Shown here one piece after another: positions 25,501 to 38,377 of a stretch of 64,000 bases of DNA (the stretch's first letter is position 1; the number at the start of each line of letters is the position of its first letter). Below the pieces are notes generated by a model. That model was not told where the DNA came from. It did not search any database and saw only the letters and a list, made by a program, of their open reading frames with translations. The translations under genes and the position numbers were made by a program. Source of the stretch: Camelus ferus (taxonomy: Eukaryota); the NCBI RefSeq assembly GCF_009834535.1, contig NC_045696.1:3412001-3476000 (forward strand). Direction: 5' to 3'.

Positions 25501-28500
25501 GGCCCACCGCAGGGGTGTCCCATGGGTGTGCGGGGCTGGGTGACCGGGCAGGGGTCTCCAGGCCAAGGGCTGTCGCTTCTGTGCTGGGAGCTGGGGCTGT
25601 TTCCCCTGTCACTGGAGTCAGCACAGCCCCCGTGGGGCTCACCACGTCACCTGCCAAGACACAGCCGCTCTCAGAAGGGGCATCTGGTCCACGTGAGCAA
25701 GAGCAACCCCCCCACAGGTGCACCCCGAGTGGGGACACAGCCTGTCCCAGCGGGCGATTAAGAACGTTTCACGGGGCCCGTGTTTGCAGTCTCCCAAGCG
25801 CTCTCTTTGGAAGGCCACGGGGCCTGTCCCTGTGGTCAGCAAGGGCGCTCGACCCTGAGAGCAGGGCCCCACTGGGGCGGCTGCAGACCCCAGACACCAA
25901 TGCAGGGCTCGGTTCTCGCAGGCCTCAGACTGATCCCTTGGGCCTTCGGGAAAGTTCCCCCAAGTGTGTGCTCCGTGTGGGGCCTGGTGCTGGCCACTCT
26001 CACCAGCTTGCTGGGCATGGCGTGGGTGGACGGGAGAAGGAGGCTGTGTGGCTCTGAGGAGGCAGGACAGTGCGCGTGGCAGGTAAGGACCGGAGGCTCT
26101 CTCCCCAGGGAATCACTCTGTGCTGCTGCTCCAGACAGAGGGCCTTAGCAGGCAGGGCAGGCAGGTGGCTGAGTGCCTCTGCTGCCCACTGTGTCCAGAG
26201 CAGACATTGCCAATCGATCACAGCATTTTAAGTCTGGATGGGACCTCCCTCTGTTTGTCAACTCAGCACTCCAGGTGGCCCCAGCCAGCCGGTCAGAACT
26301 GGCCCCCCAAAAAACTTGGGGCCGAGGCATGCCAAGACTGGGGCTCAGGCCCCATGTCAAGACCATCTCCATCTCAGCTGGGCTCTTCCACCCTCAGGCT
26401 CCAGCCACCCAGGAGGGACCTCGCTCCTGGATTGTGTCATGACTTTCTCAGACCCTTTCATTCATAAAAATAATGAAAAATCATACTGTAAAATACTGGT
26501 ATAAAGACTGGGTTCATCATTGATGTTTGCTGTCATTATATAAATTTCTTTCTTTTGATTTTAAGAGAAATGAAATCATTCTCGTGGACCCCTAACAGTA
26601 TGGTGGGCCCCAGGCACTGTGCCCACCCTGCTTGATGGAGAAGCTGTCCCTGCTCCACCCCAGGCCCCCGGGGAGGAGGCACAGCCCAGAGCGGGGGGTG
26701 GGGAGTGTGGGGCAGGGGGCGCACCCTCGCAGGCCCGGCCCGGTCTGGAGGGGTTGGCATCCCCGGCCGTCCGGCACCGGCAGGTGTACGAGCCCTCGAG
26801 GTTGATGCACTGGGCGGCCGGCGAGCAGTCATGCTCCAGGCTGTCCGCACACTCGTCCCAGTCTGCCGGGCGGGAAGGAGACAGGACACAGGCAGGTGAG
26901 AAGGTGGCCAGAAGCTGCCCAGAGAACAGACAGGCCACGGAGCGGAGTTCTACTGTCTTTGCAGCGAACGGCTGGGGGGACGCGGCGGGGCATCAGGGAG
27001 GCCCTTGGTGCCCAGCCCCCAGGGGGAGGCCCTGCCCAGAGCCCTCCCTGGAAGCCTCTATGTGAACCAAGCTGCCAGGCTGTGCACCCTCCTGCGCCCA
27101 CCTCCTCCGTGGCTGGCTGATCTGGGCAGGGGTTAAATGGGGCGCCGGTTCCTTTGGGGACATTAGCACCCACAAGGGTGAACACAGTCCCCTTTTGCTC
27201 ATTCTTTGCTCCCAGGGTGCTTTCACTTCTCTCTGATGTGCCAACATCCCCTAACACTTAGTGTCTCAAGAAAGAAACAGAAAAATCGCGGAGCCAGGAG
27301 GTGCCCAGTTAGTGGAACATGAACCTTCCGAGACACGGAGAGGAACGGCCCTGCAACTCCTCCCACCTGAGTCCGGGAGGCGACTGTCGGAGCCCGAGGG
27401 CCGTGCCCTGGGAAGCCAGAGCCTTCTGACTGGAGCAGGGAAGTTTGTGAAGGAAGCCCCCCTGCCTGTCAGCCCCCCAAAGCCCTCTCTCCCTTGCTCG
27501 ACCTCTCATCATGCAATCCAGCCCCCAGTGGCCAATCAGCAAGCAGCCAGGACCAGCTTTAGGCCACATGGAGGCAAAACTCACCAGGAGGACCATCCCT
27601 CCTCCTCCTCCCAGCCTCTCCTCTCCCACTTCTGCTCCCCCAGGTCACCACCACCCCCATCCCCGTCCCTGCCCTAGGAAGGAATCTGACCTCCAACCTG
27701 CAGGCTGCTTAATGGGGCTGGAGCCAGGCTGGCCAGACAGCAGGGCCCCTAGAAGAGCGGAGGCCCCGGTCGAGACCTGGGCTCAAACCGCAGAAACCCA
27801 GGAGGCCATCTTGGGGTGGTGACTCCCCTGGCCTTCGGTCCCCCAGCACACGGCTCGGGAGCAAGGCTGAGTAAGGTGCAGGCAGCTCCATCTGGTCTTG
27901 CAACAAAGCCCGAGGCCACACGGTTTTCTGATTCTGAAGGAAGAGGCAGGTCTGTGCACCGTGAGAGCTGCCAGGTGGCCTCTGCACCTCCTGGGCCATC
28001 AGACAAGGAAACAGGCAGGAGCCCGGTGCGGGTCTGGGACAGGATGTGGCCCACCTCCCGGAGGAGCGGGGCAGCCGTGGCAGAGCCGCACCTCCTGGCA
28101 CAGGTGAGACCTCAGAACGAGTTGTGGAGGACCCAGGACAGGCCGCGCCTTCCCTGCAAAGGCAGGCTCCTCGGGGGGCCCCAAGCTGTCTCTGAGGCCT
28201 GGGCGGCCTTCGGAGGTGAAGCCTGGCCAGAGCCCTCGGCCCTTGCTGGGGCCGGCGTCAGAGTCTCAAGGAGGATGATGGGCACAGAGAACCTGGTTCT
28301 AAGGGCGCCACCCACAGAAGCTGGACCAAAGGCAGTGCCACCCAATCTGGATTAAGAAAGGCCACACCAGCAGGCCAGGTGGACGGTGACAGCCCCGGGG
28401 CCAGGCTCCCCAGCTCACACCCCTTCTCCCGCCGCCCACAGAGACACAGAAAGGACCACTGCGTCTGAAGTGCTGTTGGGAGCCAGCGGCCGCGGGGAGC

Positions 28501-31500
28501 TTTGGGGAGCAGTTCGGCCTGTCCTGAGCCTGCCCCCCGCTGCTGTGGTGACCCAGGGAGCCTCACACAGAACGGGGCCGCGGTTAGAGCTTGTCTGGCT
28601 GGCGTCTGCGCAGACACAGAGGCACGAAGGGACCACAGAGTGGAGGCCCAGCCGGTCAGCGCGCTTACAGCCGATGAGCGGGGTGGCCCTTACAGAGCAG
28701 ATTTCAAGGAAGGGTAGAGGCAGGGGTTGGAGACCCAGGGAGAGTGACGGGGCGGGAGGAGGGAGAGGAGCCCCTGGAGGAGGAGGAACTGCCGTCAGAC
28801 GTGTGCTGGGCATCACGTCATTCGCCCCCGAGGTGGGCTGCGTCCTAACCTTCCTGCCTCCCGGATAAGCACATGGAGGCCCTTGTGCAGGGCCCAGGGT
28901 GAGCGAGCGTCAGAGCTGGGACCCCCGCCCGGCCCATGAAGTACCTGTCGAGTCAAGACTCCTGTCTTGGGGCAGCATGGATGGGACTGGACCCCGGGGT
29001 GCTGCCCGGCCTCAGGCCTCCAGCACAGGGCCCACCCCTCAGGGAAGAGCAGGACACGGGGCCACCCGGTGACCCCGGGTGCACTGACCTCCGGGAGAAG
29101 ATGGGTCAGGGCATCGTGACCCCCACGCTGCTAGGATACGTCGACCCGCGGGAGGCGAGAGCACCCAGCTAACCCAGAATGCTCGGGGTGCGACCGCACC
29201 GTTCCCATAGGGGCTGCGGAGGAGAGTTTTCTGTGCCGCGGTTTGTTGACTTTGAGCAGAAGGGCAACGGATGGGCTTATCCAGTCCCCAGGCTGCGGGG
29301 CTGGGGGCTCTTGGGGGCAGGTGCGGGGAGAACGGCTTCCCCACACTCGGGTCAGGCCTGCGCGGCCTCCCCAGGTGGGGGCGGCAGCCTGGGGGCTGCT
29401 CTCGGGCTCCTGTGTCAGAAGCCAGCGGGAACCGGGTCAGGGGACTCGGAGCGGGGCGGGGTTGCCGCCTCGTGGCTGGGCAAGAACAACTCCCCGGCCC
29501 AGGGAGGGCTCCCCAAGACGCCCCTCAGCTCCGAGATGTGAAGCAAACAGCCTCCTGCTTGTCAAGGGCACTGCGGTGACAGCCTGCCCAGGGCTCCCAA
29601 CTTCCCAGGGCGCCTCTAGAACTACATGGGGAGGCTTAAAACGATCTGCTGAGAAGCCTGGGATGTTAGCAACGCAAGGTACCCCTTCTTCTTTGTATAA
29701 GTTTGCTGAGGCTGCCATGACAAACTGTCACATGCTGTCAAGCTGGCTTAAAGCAACAGAATGCACTCTCTCCAGTTCTAGAGGTCAGAGTCCAAAATCA
29801 AACTGTCAGCAGGGCCCAGTGCCCTCTGGGGCTCTCAGGGGAGTCCTTCCTGCCTCTTCCAGCTTCTGGTGGCCCCTGGGCTTCCTTGGCTTGTGGCCGC
29901 ATGCCTCCAGCCTCTGCCTCCGTCTTCATGTGCCTCCTCCAGTGGCCCTGGGTCTCCTCCTTTTCTGTTCCTTCTAAGGACACTGTCACTGGATTTAGGG
30001 CCCACCCTGATCCAGGACGATTTCAGATCCTTACCTTAATTTCACCTGCAAAGACCTTTCTTCCAAGTACGGTCACATCTGAAGTTCTGAGTGCACTGTC
30101 TTTTGGGGCCACCACTCAGCATACTGCATCGTTTGACCTACGCCCAGGTGCACGGGGACCTGGCTGGGAAGCATCGCTGGAGGGCTGGGCTGGGCCACCT
30201 GAGGGCTGCTCAGCTCTGTCTCAGGTGGGCTCTGGGGGCGCACACCAAGGACACATCCACTTGGTGCCCGGTGCCTGCCTGGCTCTTAGCCCCTGAGCCC
30301 AGGCAGGCAGGGCCACCCAGGTGCAGAGGGCCACTCAGGGAGACCCCAGGCTACGCAGGCAGGTGCTTCCCAGGTGTGACTGACTTCAGGTGTGACTTTC
30401 CCACGGCCTTCCCTGGGTTGGGTTGGGGCGACACACAACAGAGCTCAAAGGGCACTGCAGGGCTCACTCTGGGACCCAGCTCCACTGCGGGGTCAGAGGG
30501 ACGCCCATCCCACAGACTGGGCCCCAAACAGGCTCTCTGACGTAGGGACCGTGGTGCCCTCACTGCGCGCAGGAACTGCATCCCGGCGTATGACGGCAAA
30601 GCCTTCCCGACATGACAGCACACCGCCTCTGTCTCTGTTTCTGTCTCTCACCTCCCCTCGTCCCTTCTGTTCCTCCCACATCTCTCTCTGTCTCTCGGTG
30701 TCTCCGTCTCTGTCTTATCTCTGACCGTCTCCTCCATCTCTCTCTCTCTCTGTCCCCTCCCCACTCTTCTGCTGACCTGTGACTTCCTGCCTCAAGGCAA
30801 CTCCAAGTAGAATTACAGAACGTTCGGTCTCCTGAAGTAGATCCATGTGTCAGTGCGAGGTCCAGCGGCCAGGCGGTGCTTGGACTTGGACGCAGACACA
30901 GTGAGCTCCCCATCTTCCTGCCCCTTGGGGACCCCCCAGCCCGGTTCCCTCCTCGGTTCTGGGCCCACGGCCCCAGAAGCATCATCCAAGGGAATAAGCT
31001 TCCCCGGGCTCCACGGGGTCGCTTCTGCCACCAGGAACCAGGAGGTGCGGGGCACAGGCGGGCTCACTGGCAGGGGCTGTGGCCGGAGGGCCCCCGTGGA
31101 GGAACCCAGGGGCAGGGCTCAGGGTTCATTTTCTTTAACTACCTTTCAGAATAAAGTGAACATTGAGCAGAAACAACACTGTCTGGACTCGAGGGCATTG
31201 CGGTGGCGCCCAGGTGAGGGGACGAGGACCCACCTTGCACACGTGTCCCCCGCGGGTCGATCCGGAACAGGCCGCTTGCCCACAGTGGCGGAAGCATGGG
31301 GGCCAGCGTGGACACATCCACTGGGAACTCGGGGTCCCACGCCGTGAGTCTGAGCCTCACGACCACGCTTCCGGCCTGGAGGGACACGATCTGTACCCTC
31401 AGCTTCCCTCTTCTGTACAGGTCGGAAACCGCGGGCGGGAAGGAGTTTTCAACCTGGCCCAGAAGAGGCAACAGACGCTCAGACGGAGCAGACTCTCCCA

Positions 31501-34500
31501 TCGGCATCTTCAAAATGGTCTAGCGGGGCCCCAGGTGAGACCAATGAAAGGGGCCCAGAGTCCATGTGTCCCCTTCATGGCCAGGAGGCCCCCCCAGCTC
31601 ACGCCCCTGGGACTGGAGGCCGGGCCTGTCTGCCTTTGTGAGAACTCAGAGACCACTGCAGTCTGGGCCCCATCATGCACAGCCCGCTCTGGGTGCTCCG
31701 GAAACTGGTAGGAAGGTAATTTGTGAGAGACAGACAGACAGCGGGATTGACCTCTAGACTGAGTGGCCAAGAGGGGAGGAGCTGCTGAGCGACAGCCCTG
31801 TGGCTCTTTGGAGCGGCTCCCCCTCACTGGGCTGTATCCCCCAGGCAGCACCCAGGCACAGCCAGGGCCTTAGGGCCACCTGTGCCCGAGCAGGGGAGAC
31901 ACCAACCTCGCCCCACCTTCCTCCCACACCACTCCTGCACACGCAGGCGAACTCCTGCTAAAAAGGAGAGAGAATTCTCCAAGAAAGTTCTAAAAATGAC
32001 TCCCCCTGCAGGCGCACACTGAGGGGCGACCCTCCCTTCTCTCCCACGTCCATACATCTTGTAGGTAGAAGCCCTAACTGCCCTCTTACTCCAGAATATC
32101 TTTCCAAGTCACTTGTATGATGAACAGCCTTGGGAGAGAGAGAATGGCCCTGCCCAGAGCAAGAGCAGATCTGCTCACTGTCAGATGTCATAAAGTTCAC
32201 ATCTCTTTCTGGAGCACACATAGGCGAGTTGGCTTGCGTGTCCTCGGCGGTGACACTGGTCCACTGCTGGTGTGCCACCTGCCTGGTTCCCTCTGTGTCA
32301 CCCCCGAGGGACCTGGCACCAAAGTTGTGCTCGTGCCTGTGGGGCTGTGAGTGATGAAGTCCTTTGTCTCTGACCCAGGCATCTCATGTCCTCTGCCAGC
32401 ATCCATGACACAGGCTAACTTACTAGCTTGCAGGAAGGGCAAGGTCACAGTTCTGGACAGTTCAGCAAGTCGCTTTTTACTCCAGCTCAGCATCCAGGTT
32501 CTCCCAGGCTGTGTTCTGATACCTCCCTCCAGCCCCAGGGAGGGATGGATGCCAGAATCACTGGTAAATGCATCCTTAAAGAAGCTGCCCCAGAGCAGGA
32601 GGGCAGAGGCCCCAGGTCCCCCAGGCAGACGGTTCAACAGAAAGCCCAGCTGAGCCACCAAGTGGCACAGCCCATGTGAATCAAGGGTGGTTTGGCCCCA
32701 GATCTAGATTAAGCACCCCATAAAAGGGGGCACTTTGAGTAATCACTGTGGGATTTGGGCGTGGCCCCTCCCCAACCGTGGTGGCAGGTGCTTGTCCCAC
32801 AAGCGCACAGGGCGCTCAGCGGCACAGGCGGGCTGGCGCGGGTTTCTGGCTTGGACCCTGGGGAAGCTCCTCTCCTGGCTTTACCTCGTGCAGCAGCTGT
32901 CGGGAGAAGTTCCGGTACTCAGGGCTGCTGCGGTCCAGCAGCCTCTCCGTCACATTGTGGTTTAGGATCCTCACCGTGACTTCAAAGACCCGGGCATCTG
33001 AGACAGAAGACAATGCAAATCAGCTGCAATCCGGTAAGCATGAGTCACGTGCCTTCCTGTCAGCATTTTCCAATTTCCCCCACGCAAAGCAGCGGCGACC
33101 CTACACGACACAGCAGAGGAGTTGGACTTGGTCAATATTTTTAGGACATTACATCCCCCAAAACATAAAATACACTCTTTTCAGTGCACATGGAACATTC
33201 TCTAGGGTAGATCACATACTCAGGCACGGAAGAAGCCTCAACAAATTTAAGAGGATAGAAATTATTTTAAGCATCTTTCTGACCACAATGCCATGAAACT
33301 AAAAATCAACTACAGAAAAACAAATGAGAAAAAAAGGACAGGATGGAGACTAAACAGCATGCGTCTAAAACACCAGTGGGTCAGTGATGAACTCAAAGAA
33401 GAAATTAAAACACTTTGAGACAAATGACAATGAAAAAACAACACAAAACTACAGGACGCAGCAAAAGCAGTCCTAAGAGGGAGGCTCACAGAGGTACAGG
33501 CTTCAAAAACCAAGCAGGACCTCACACCAACAGCCTAGCCCTCTACAAGAAAGAGTTAGAAAAAGAAGCGCAAGCAAAGCCTGAGGGCAGCGGAAGGAAG
33601 GAAACAAAAAGATCAGGAGGCAATGAATAAAATAGAGATTAAAAAACAGTAAAAATCGATCACAACAAGAGCTGGTTTTTTGAAAGAGTAAACAGAATTG
33701 ACCACCCTCTGGCCGGGCTCACCCAGAAGGAAAGAGAGGACACAGATAAACAAAATAAGAAAGGAAAATGGAGAAATTACAGCCAGTTCCCCCCTTTCCC
33801 TGCTCTTTAAAGGGGAAATTAAAAAAAAAAAAAAAAGATTGAGGCATGAGTCTTAGGTTTGGTCGCCAAATCGGGAGAAGCAGCACAAGGAGTGTATGTC
33901 TCAGCGCGGGGAGGAAGGCCCCCCGGGCAGACACATGCTTCCAGAGCCCGAGCAGAGACACCTGCAGAGTGAGCACCAACGTCACACACTCACACCCGCG
34001 GGAGCCGGGGCTCCGCAGCGCATGTGGCCCCTCCAGCAACTCCTCCCGCATCACGGCTGCTGCTCTCCTTGGCCCTTTTCACAACCACACACCCCAACCG
34101 GTCCTCATGCCGCACCCCACCAGGGCCCCCAAAATGCGGGTAACCAATTTACCCCAATTTGCCCAAACTTTCCAGTTTTCCCACCCAAATTCCCACCTCT
34201 CAGGAGCCTCCTGTGTCCCAGGCAAAATGATAGGGTTGGTCACCCTGCCCAGCTGGGCTGGGTCAGTGACCCCCAACCCAGCTCATAGGAAGCACAATGA
34301 TTTGAATCATCGGCGCCAACGGAACTGAGCCAGAAACAAGCTGACAGGGAACGTGGACTTTGGACGAGCAGCCTTACCGGTCTTGACCGTCAGTGCAGCG
34401 GCGATGTTGGCCCCACACGCCTGGTAGCTGGTCTTCACCCCGTACTGCACTCCGGCCTCCAGCCCGGCCACCTCCAGGCTTGTCCCCCGGGTCCTGGAAG

Positions 34501-37500
34501 TCCTGAGCAGCTCCTCACCCTTGTACACCTCCACCTGGACACTGTGGTTCTGGGTGGAATTTAAACGCCAAGACACGTGAAAGCTGCTGCTGGTGACATT
34601 GAGGGTCACGTGGTCTCTGAGGGGCGGGCAATCTAGGACGTGCAGAGGGAGGAAGATGCAGAGAACGTCAGAGAGAAGCAGCGGGAGCAAAAGTCAACAA
34701 GTGGCCGACGGCAGACGGAGACGCTCCCGCACAGCGAGGGCGCCGCCCTCAGAACGAGAAGGCCGCCTGCAGGCCGGGCGGAGGCCTGCTGGTCGTGTCG
34801 GGGAGGGCTTAGCGTCCAAAACACACGTGAGAAGCAGACCACGCAACAGCAAAAAGTATCGTCATCATAATCATCCCATTTAAAAATGGGCAAATGATCT
34901 GAATAGACTGTTTTCCAAAGAAGACACACAGATGGTCAACAGGTAAGCAGAAAGGTGCTCACCGCCACTAATCCTCAGGGAGATGCGCACAAAACCACGA
35001 TGGGGGGTCACCTCACACCTGTCAGAATAGCTGCTCTCCGAAGACGACAGATAACAAGTGCTGGGGAGGGTCCGGAGCAAAGGCGACCCTTGTGCCCTGT
35101 GGGCAGGGATGTAAGTTGGTGCCACCATCATGGAAAACAGTATGGAAGCTCCTCAAGAAACTAAAAGTAAAACTCCCATATGATCCAGCAATTCCGCTCC
35201 TGGGCATTTGTCTGAAGGAAATGAAATCACTGTCTCTGGGAGACAGTGCTCCCCCAGGTTCACTGCAGCATTATTTACATCAGCCAAGACACGGAAACAA
35301 CTTGAGGTTCCTGAGGTAATGACCACTGCGGTGTGCCTCGGGCTGAGCTGTGCTCCCCTAAAATCCATATGTCGGGGTCCTAACCCCCAGTACTTCAGAA
35401 CAGACTGTATTTGGAGGTGGAGTCTTTGAAGAAGTTACTAAGCTAAAGTGAGGTCATTGGCGTGGGCCCTAAGCCAGTAAGGCTAGTGTCCTTACAAGGA
35501 GAGGAGACTGGGTCCCAGACTCGCAGAGGGACGACCATGTGGGGACACGGGGAGAAGATGGCCGTCTTCAGGCCAAGAGGCCTCCAGAGGCACCAGCCTG
35601 CCAGCACCTTGATCCCGGGCACCCAGCGCCCGGACTCTGAGAGTGAGGGTCTGTTCTGCAGTGCGCTCCATGGCAGCCTGAGCAGGTGACCACACGGCAT
35701 GACGTTTCTGTGCTTCATTTATAAACACCCCCCCCCAGCCCAGATTCAGGGGGCCTGGTCCTCCGATGCACATGTGCCTGGTCGCTTGCCCAGGGACTTC
35801 TGCTTGGATAATTCGCCGCTGAAACAGTGGCCCCTGGAGAAGCAGGACTCGGGAGTCAGACCGAGGCCTCCTGCGTTTTCACATCAAAACCCACGCTTCA
35901 GGGAGCAACACACTAACGTGACAACCAACACATATTTTAATACTCAAGTGCAATCAAATCTTTTTGGAGAAAAATTTCTGCTTACAGCAGAGGCACCTGG
36001 AAAATATGAATTATTTAAAAACTTGGGGGGTCCCTCAGTCTAAGCACCATAATTTTTACAGCAGAATGCTTTTCACTGAAGCACAGTCAGTTTGCAATGA
36101 TGTGTCCGTCTCTGGTGTACAGCACGGCGTTTCAGCCACACACATACATACGTATATTCCTTCTCATACCCTTTCTCATTATACGTGACTACAAGATATT
36201 GAATAGCTAGTTCCCTGTTCCTATACAGTAGAAACTTGTTTTAACATCACAATTTGAGTTCCATAAGAAATAAGCTATGAAATTTTTTTTTAAAAATCTT
36301 TTGCAAAACCATGGTAAAAAAAAAAAAAGAATTAAAATATGTGTAACATTTCCAAAGCCCTTCATGTAAGGATTTTTAGGCTAAATGCTTTCTAATATTA
36401 CAAAAAAAATTGTCTTTCCAGACAAATGTGTATGCTTCCTTCTGGTAACAGATAAAAACTGGTACAATTCATTGCATTTCTCTTTTTGTCTTGGCTGCTG
36501 GGAGACTCAGGATCAAGGTTGGTGCCCCACTCTCGTCTTGCAACTCGGTCCTGCTGTGTCCTCCTCCCCGAGCTGCCCGGTGTAAACCTCAGTGCCCTGT
36601 GGGTATGTCCCCCGCACCGCCCCCACGAGCCCCTGCAGAACCCCACAAAGCAGGGGGTATAGACTGTTGGATGCTGGAGAGGGAGGGGAGCCCAGCCCTC
36701 CCTCCATCTAAACTCTTGCAGTTTCCGGAAGACTCTCCTTGCGTGGGGAGGCAGTGCACTTTGAAGAAGCAGCATCTGTCCTTTCACTGAATTGTCCAGT
36801 ATTTATCCACATCTTTGACTCATAAATGTTCATTCTTTATGACACTGTCCTGTGTTGCCGCTGAGGACTGGCCAGCAGCAGGGGCCCTGGGACTATGGGT
36901 CTTGCTCCCAGCCCCCAGTCACCGGGACCCTGAAATCAGAACGCCCCTTACTGGAGGTCTAAGCCCTGCAGCCTGTCCCCAGGGACGTGTCTCACCAAGA
37001 AAGTGAGGAAGGGCTACAATTTTTCTAAAAATCGGCGAAAAGCGCCGAACATTCTATCTCATGCAGTCAAACCACACAACCCCGAGCATCGTTTCAGTCC
37101 CACGGTGACGACATGACACCCAGCAAACAGGACAGGGGACGGGGGTGGGCACGAGGCCTGAGGGCTGGCTCCCGCTGGGGCTGCGGCCCCGCCTCTCTGT
37201 TGCCCTCTGGGCATCAGACTCGTCATGGGACTGAGAACAAACCCACACCCTGGGCCTGTGTGGGGTAGCCCTTTACAAGCACATTCTTTAGAAAGCGCCT
37301 CCAAGTCGGGGGGAATTAAAACGGAAAGGGCCCCCCAGGTACCGGGGAGACCCGGGGACGGTGTTTAGGGAGCGTCTGAGAGGGCATCGGGCTGGCTGGA
37401 GACATGCTCACTCTTTGAATTAAGATGCCAGTGTGTTCCTAGATCACTGGGCAGAGGAGCCGCCAACCCGGCCGTTCCGATGGCTCTGAAACCCTCAGAG

Positions 37501-38339
37501 ATGCCTGCAGGAGCTGCCGTCCGGCCATGGTTTCTGCAGCTGAGAGACTGTGAGCATGTGGCCTCTCGTCCCAAGTAACAGACCCTCCCTGGGGAGAGTG
37601 CGACCACTGAGTATCTGTGTAGCTCTTTCTCCGTGTTACTTTGAGGGAACTGCCCTTGTCCAGAATGAACCATTTTTGAGCGATTGCAGTGGCAATTTCA
37701 TACAGTTCAGCATTTATTGAGTATCTGCTGTGTACCTAGCACCGTCACAGCCAGTGGTGGAAACGAGGATGGATTCTGGCCCCCAGCGATGCCAGACACA
37801 CACACGGGACATCTAAGTCAGTGTGGCCCGTGTTGTAGCACCGTGGGGACTTGGGGCTGTGGGGGCACTCCCGGGGCGGTGAGAACCCCCCCCACCACAC
37901 ACGTCACGCTGCCATCCAAGCCATCAGTGACACACTCAGAGCCACCACTGGATGAGGGCTGTGCGCACTGGGCAGGTTATTCCATACAGTCCTTCCAACA
38001 AAACCAGGTAGTGGGTTCTACTATGTTCCCATTTTACAGAGAACGAGACTGAGGTCTAGAAAGGTCAAGCAGAGAATAAATGGCAAAGCCATCTAATAAC
38101 CAGTGACAAAGGTCCTGGGCTGCAGTCCTAAACTACCCCACCACAGGAGTAGACTGGATAGTGCCCTCCAAAGACAGCAGCTCCTAATCCCTGGAACTTG
38201 TAAATCGGACCTTATTTGGAAAAAGCATCTTTGCAAGTGTGATTAAGGAGCTGAAGAAGAGATTATCATGGATTATCCAGGGTGGCCCTAAATACAATCA
38301 CACGTGTCCCTGTAAGAGAGCCAGCAGAGAGCACACACA

Positions 38340-38377
<38 letters not shown>

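Noticed and set aside
29243..29977. 244-aa plus-strand ORF
   Set aside because: The second half is an antisense MaLR LTR; composition typical of spurious GC-rich ORFs.
26900..32800. Antisense lncRNA equivalent to human UMODL1-AS1
   Set aside because: Cannot be supported from sequence alone; needs transcript data.
33785..33875. Polypurine-tract-like and PBS-like words (aaaggggggaac, tggcgacc on minus)
   Set aside because: No flanking LTR pair or retroviral ORF recognisable.
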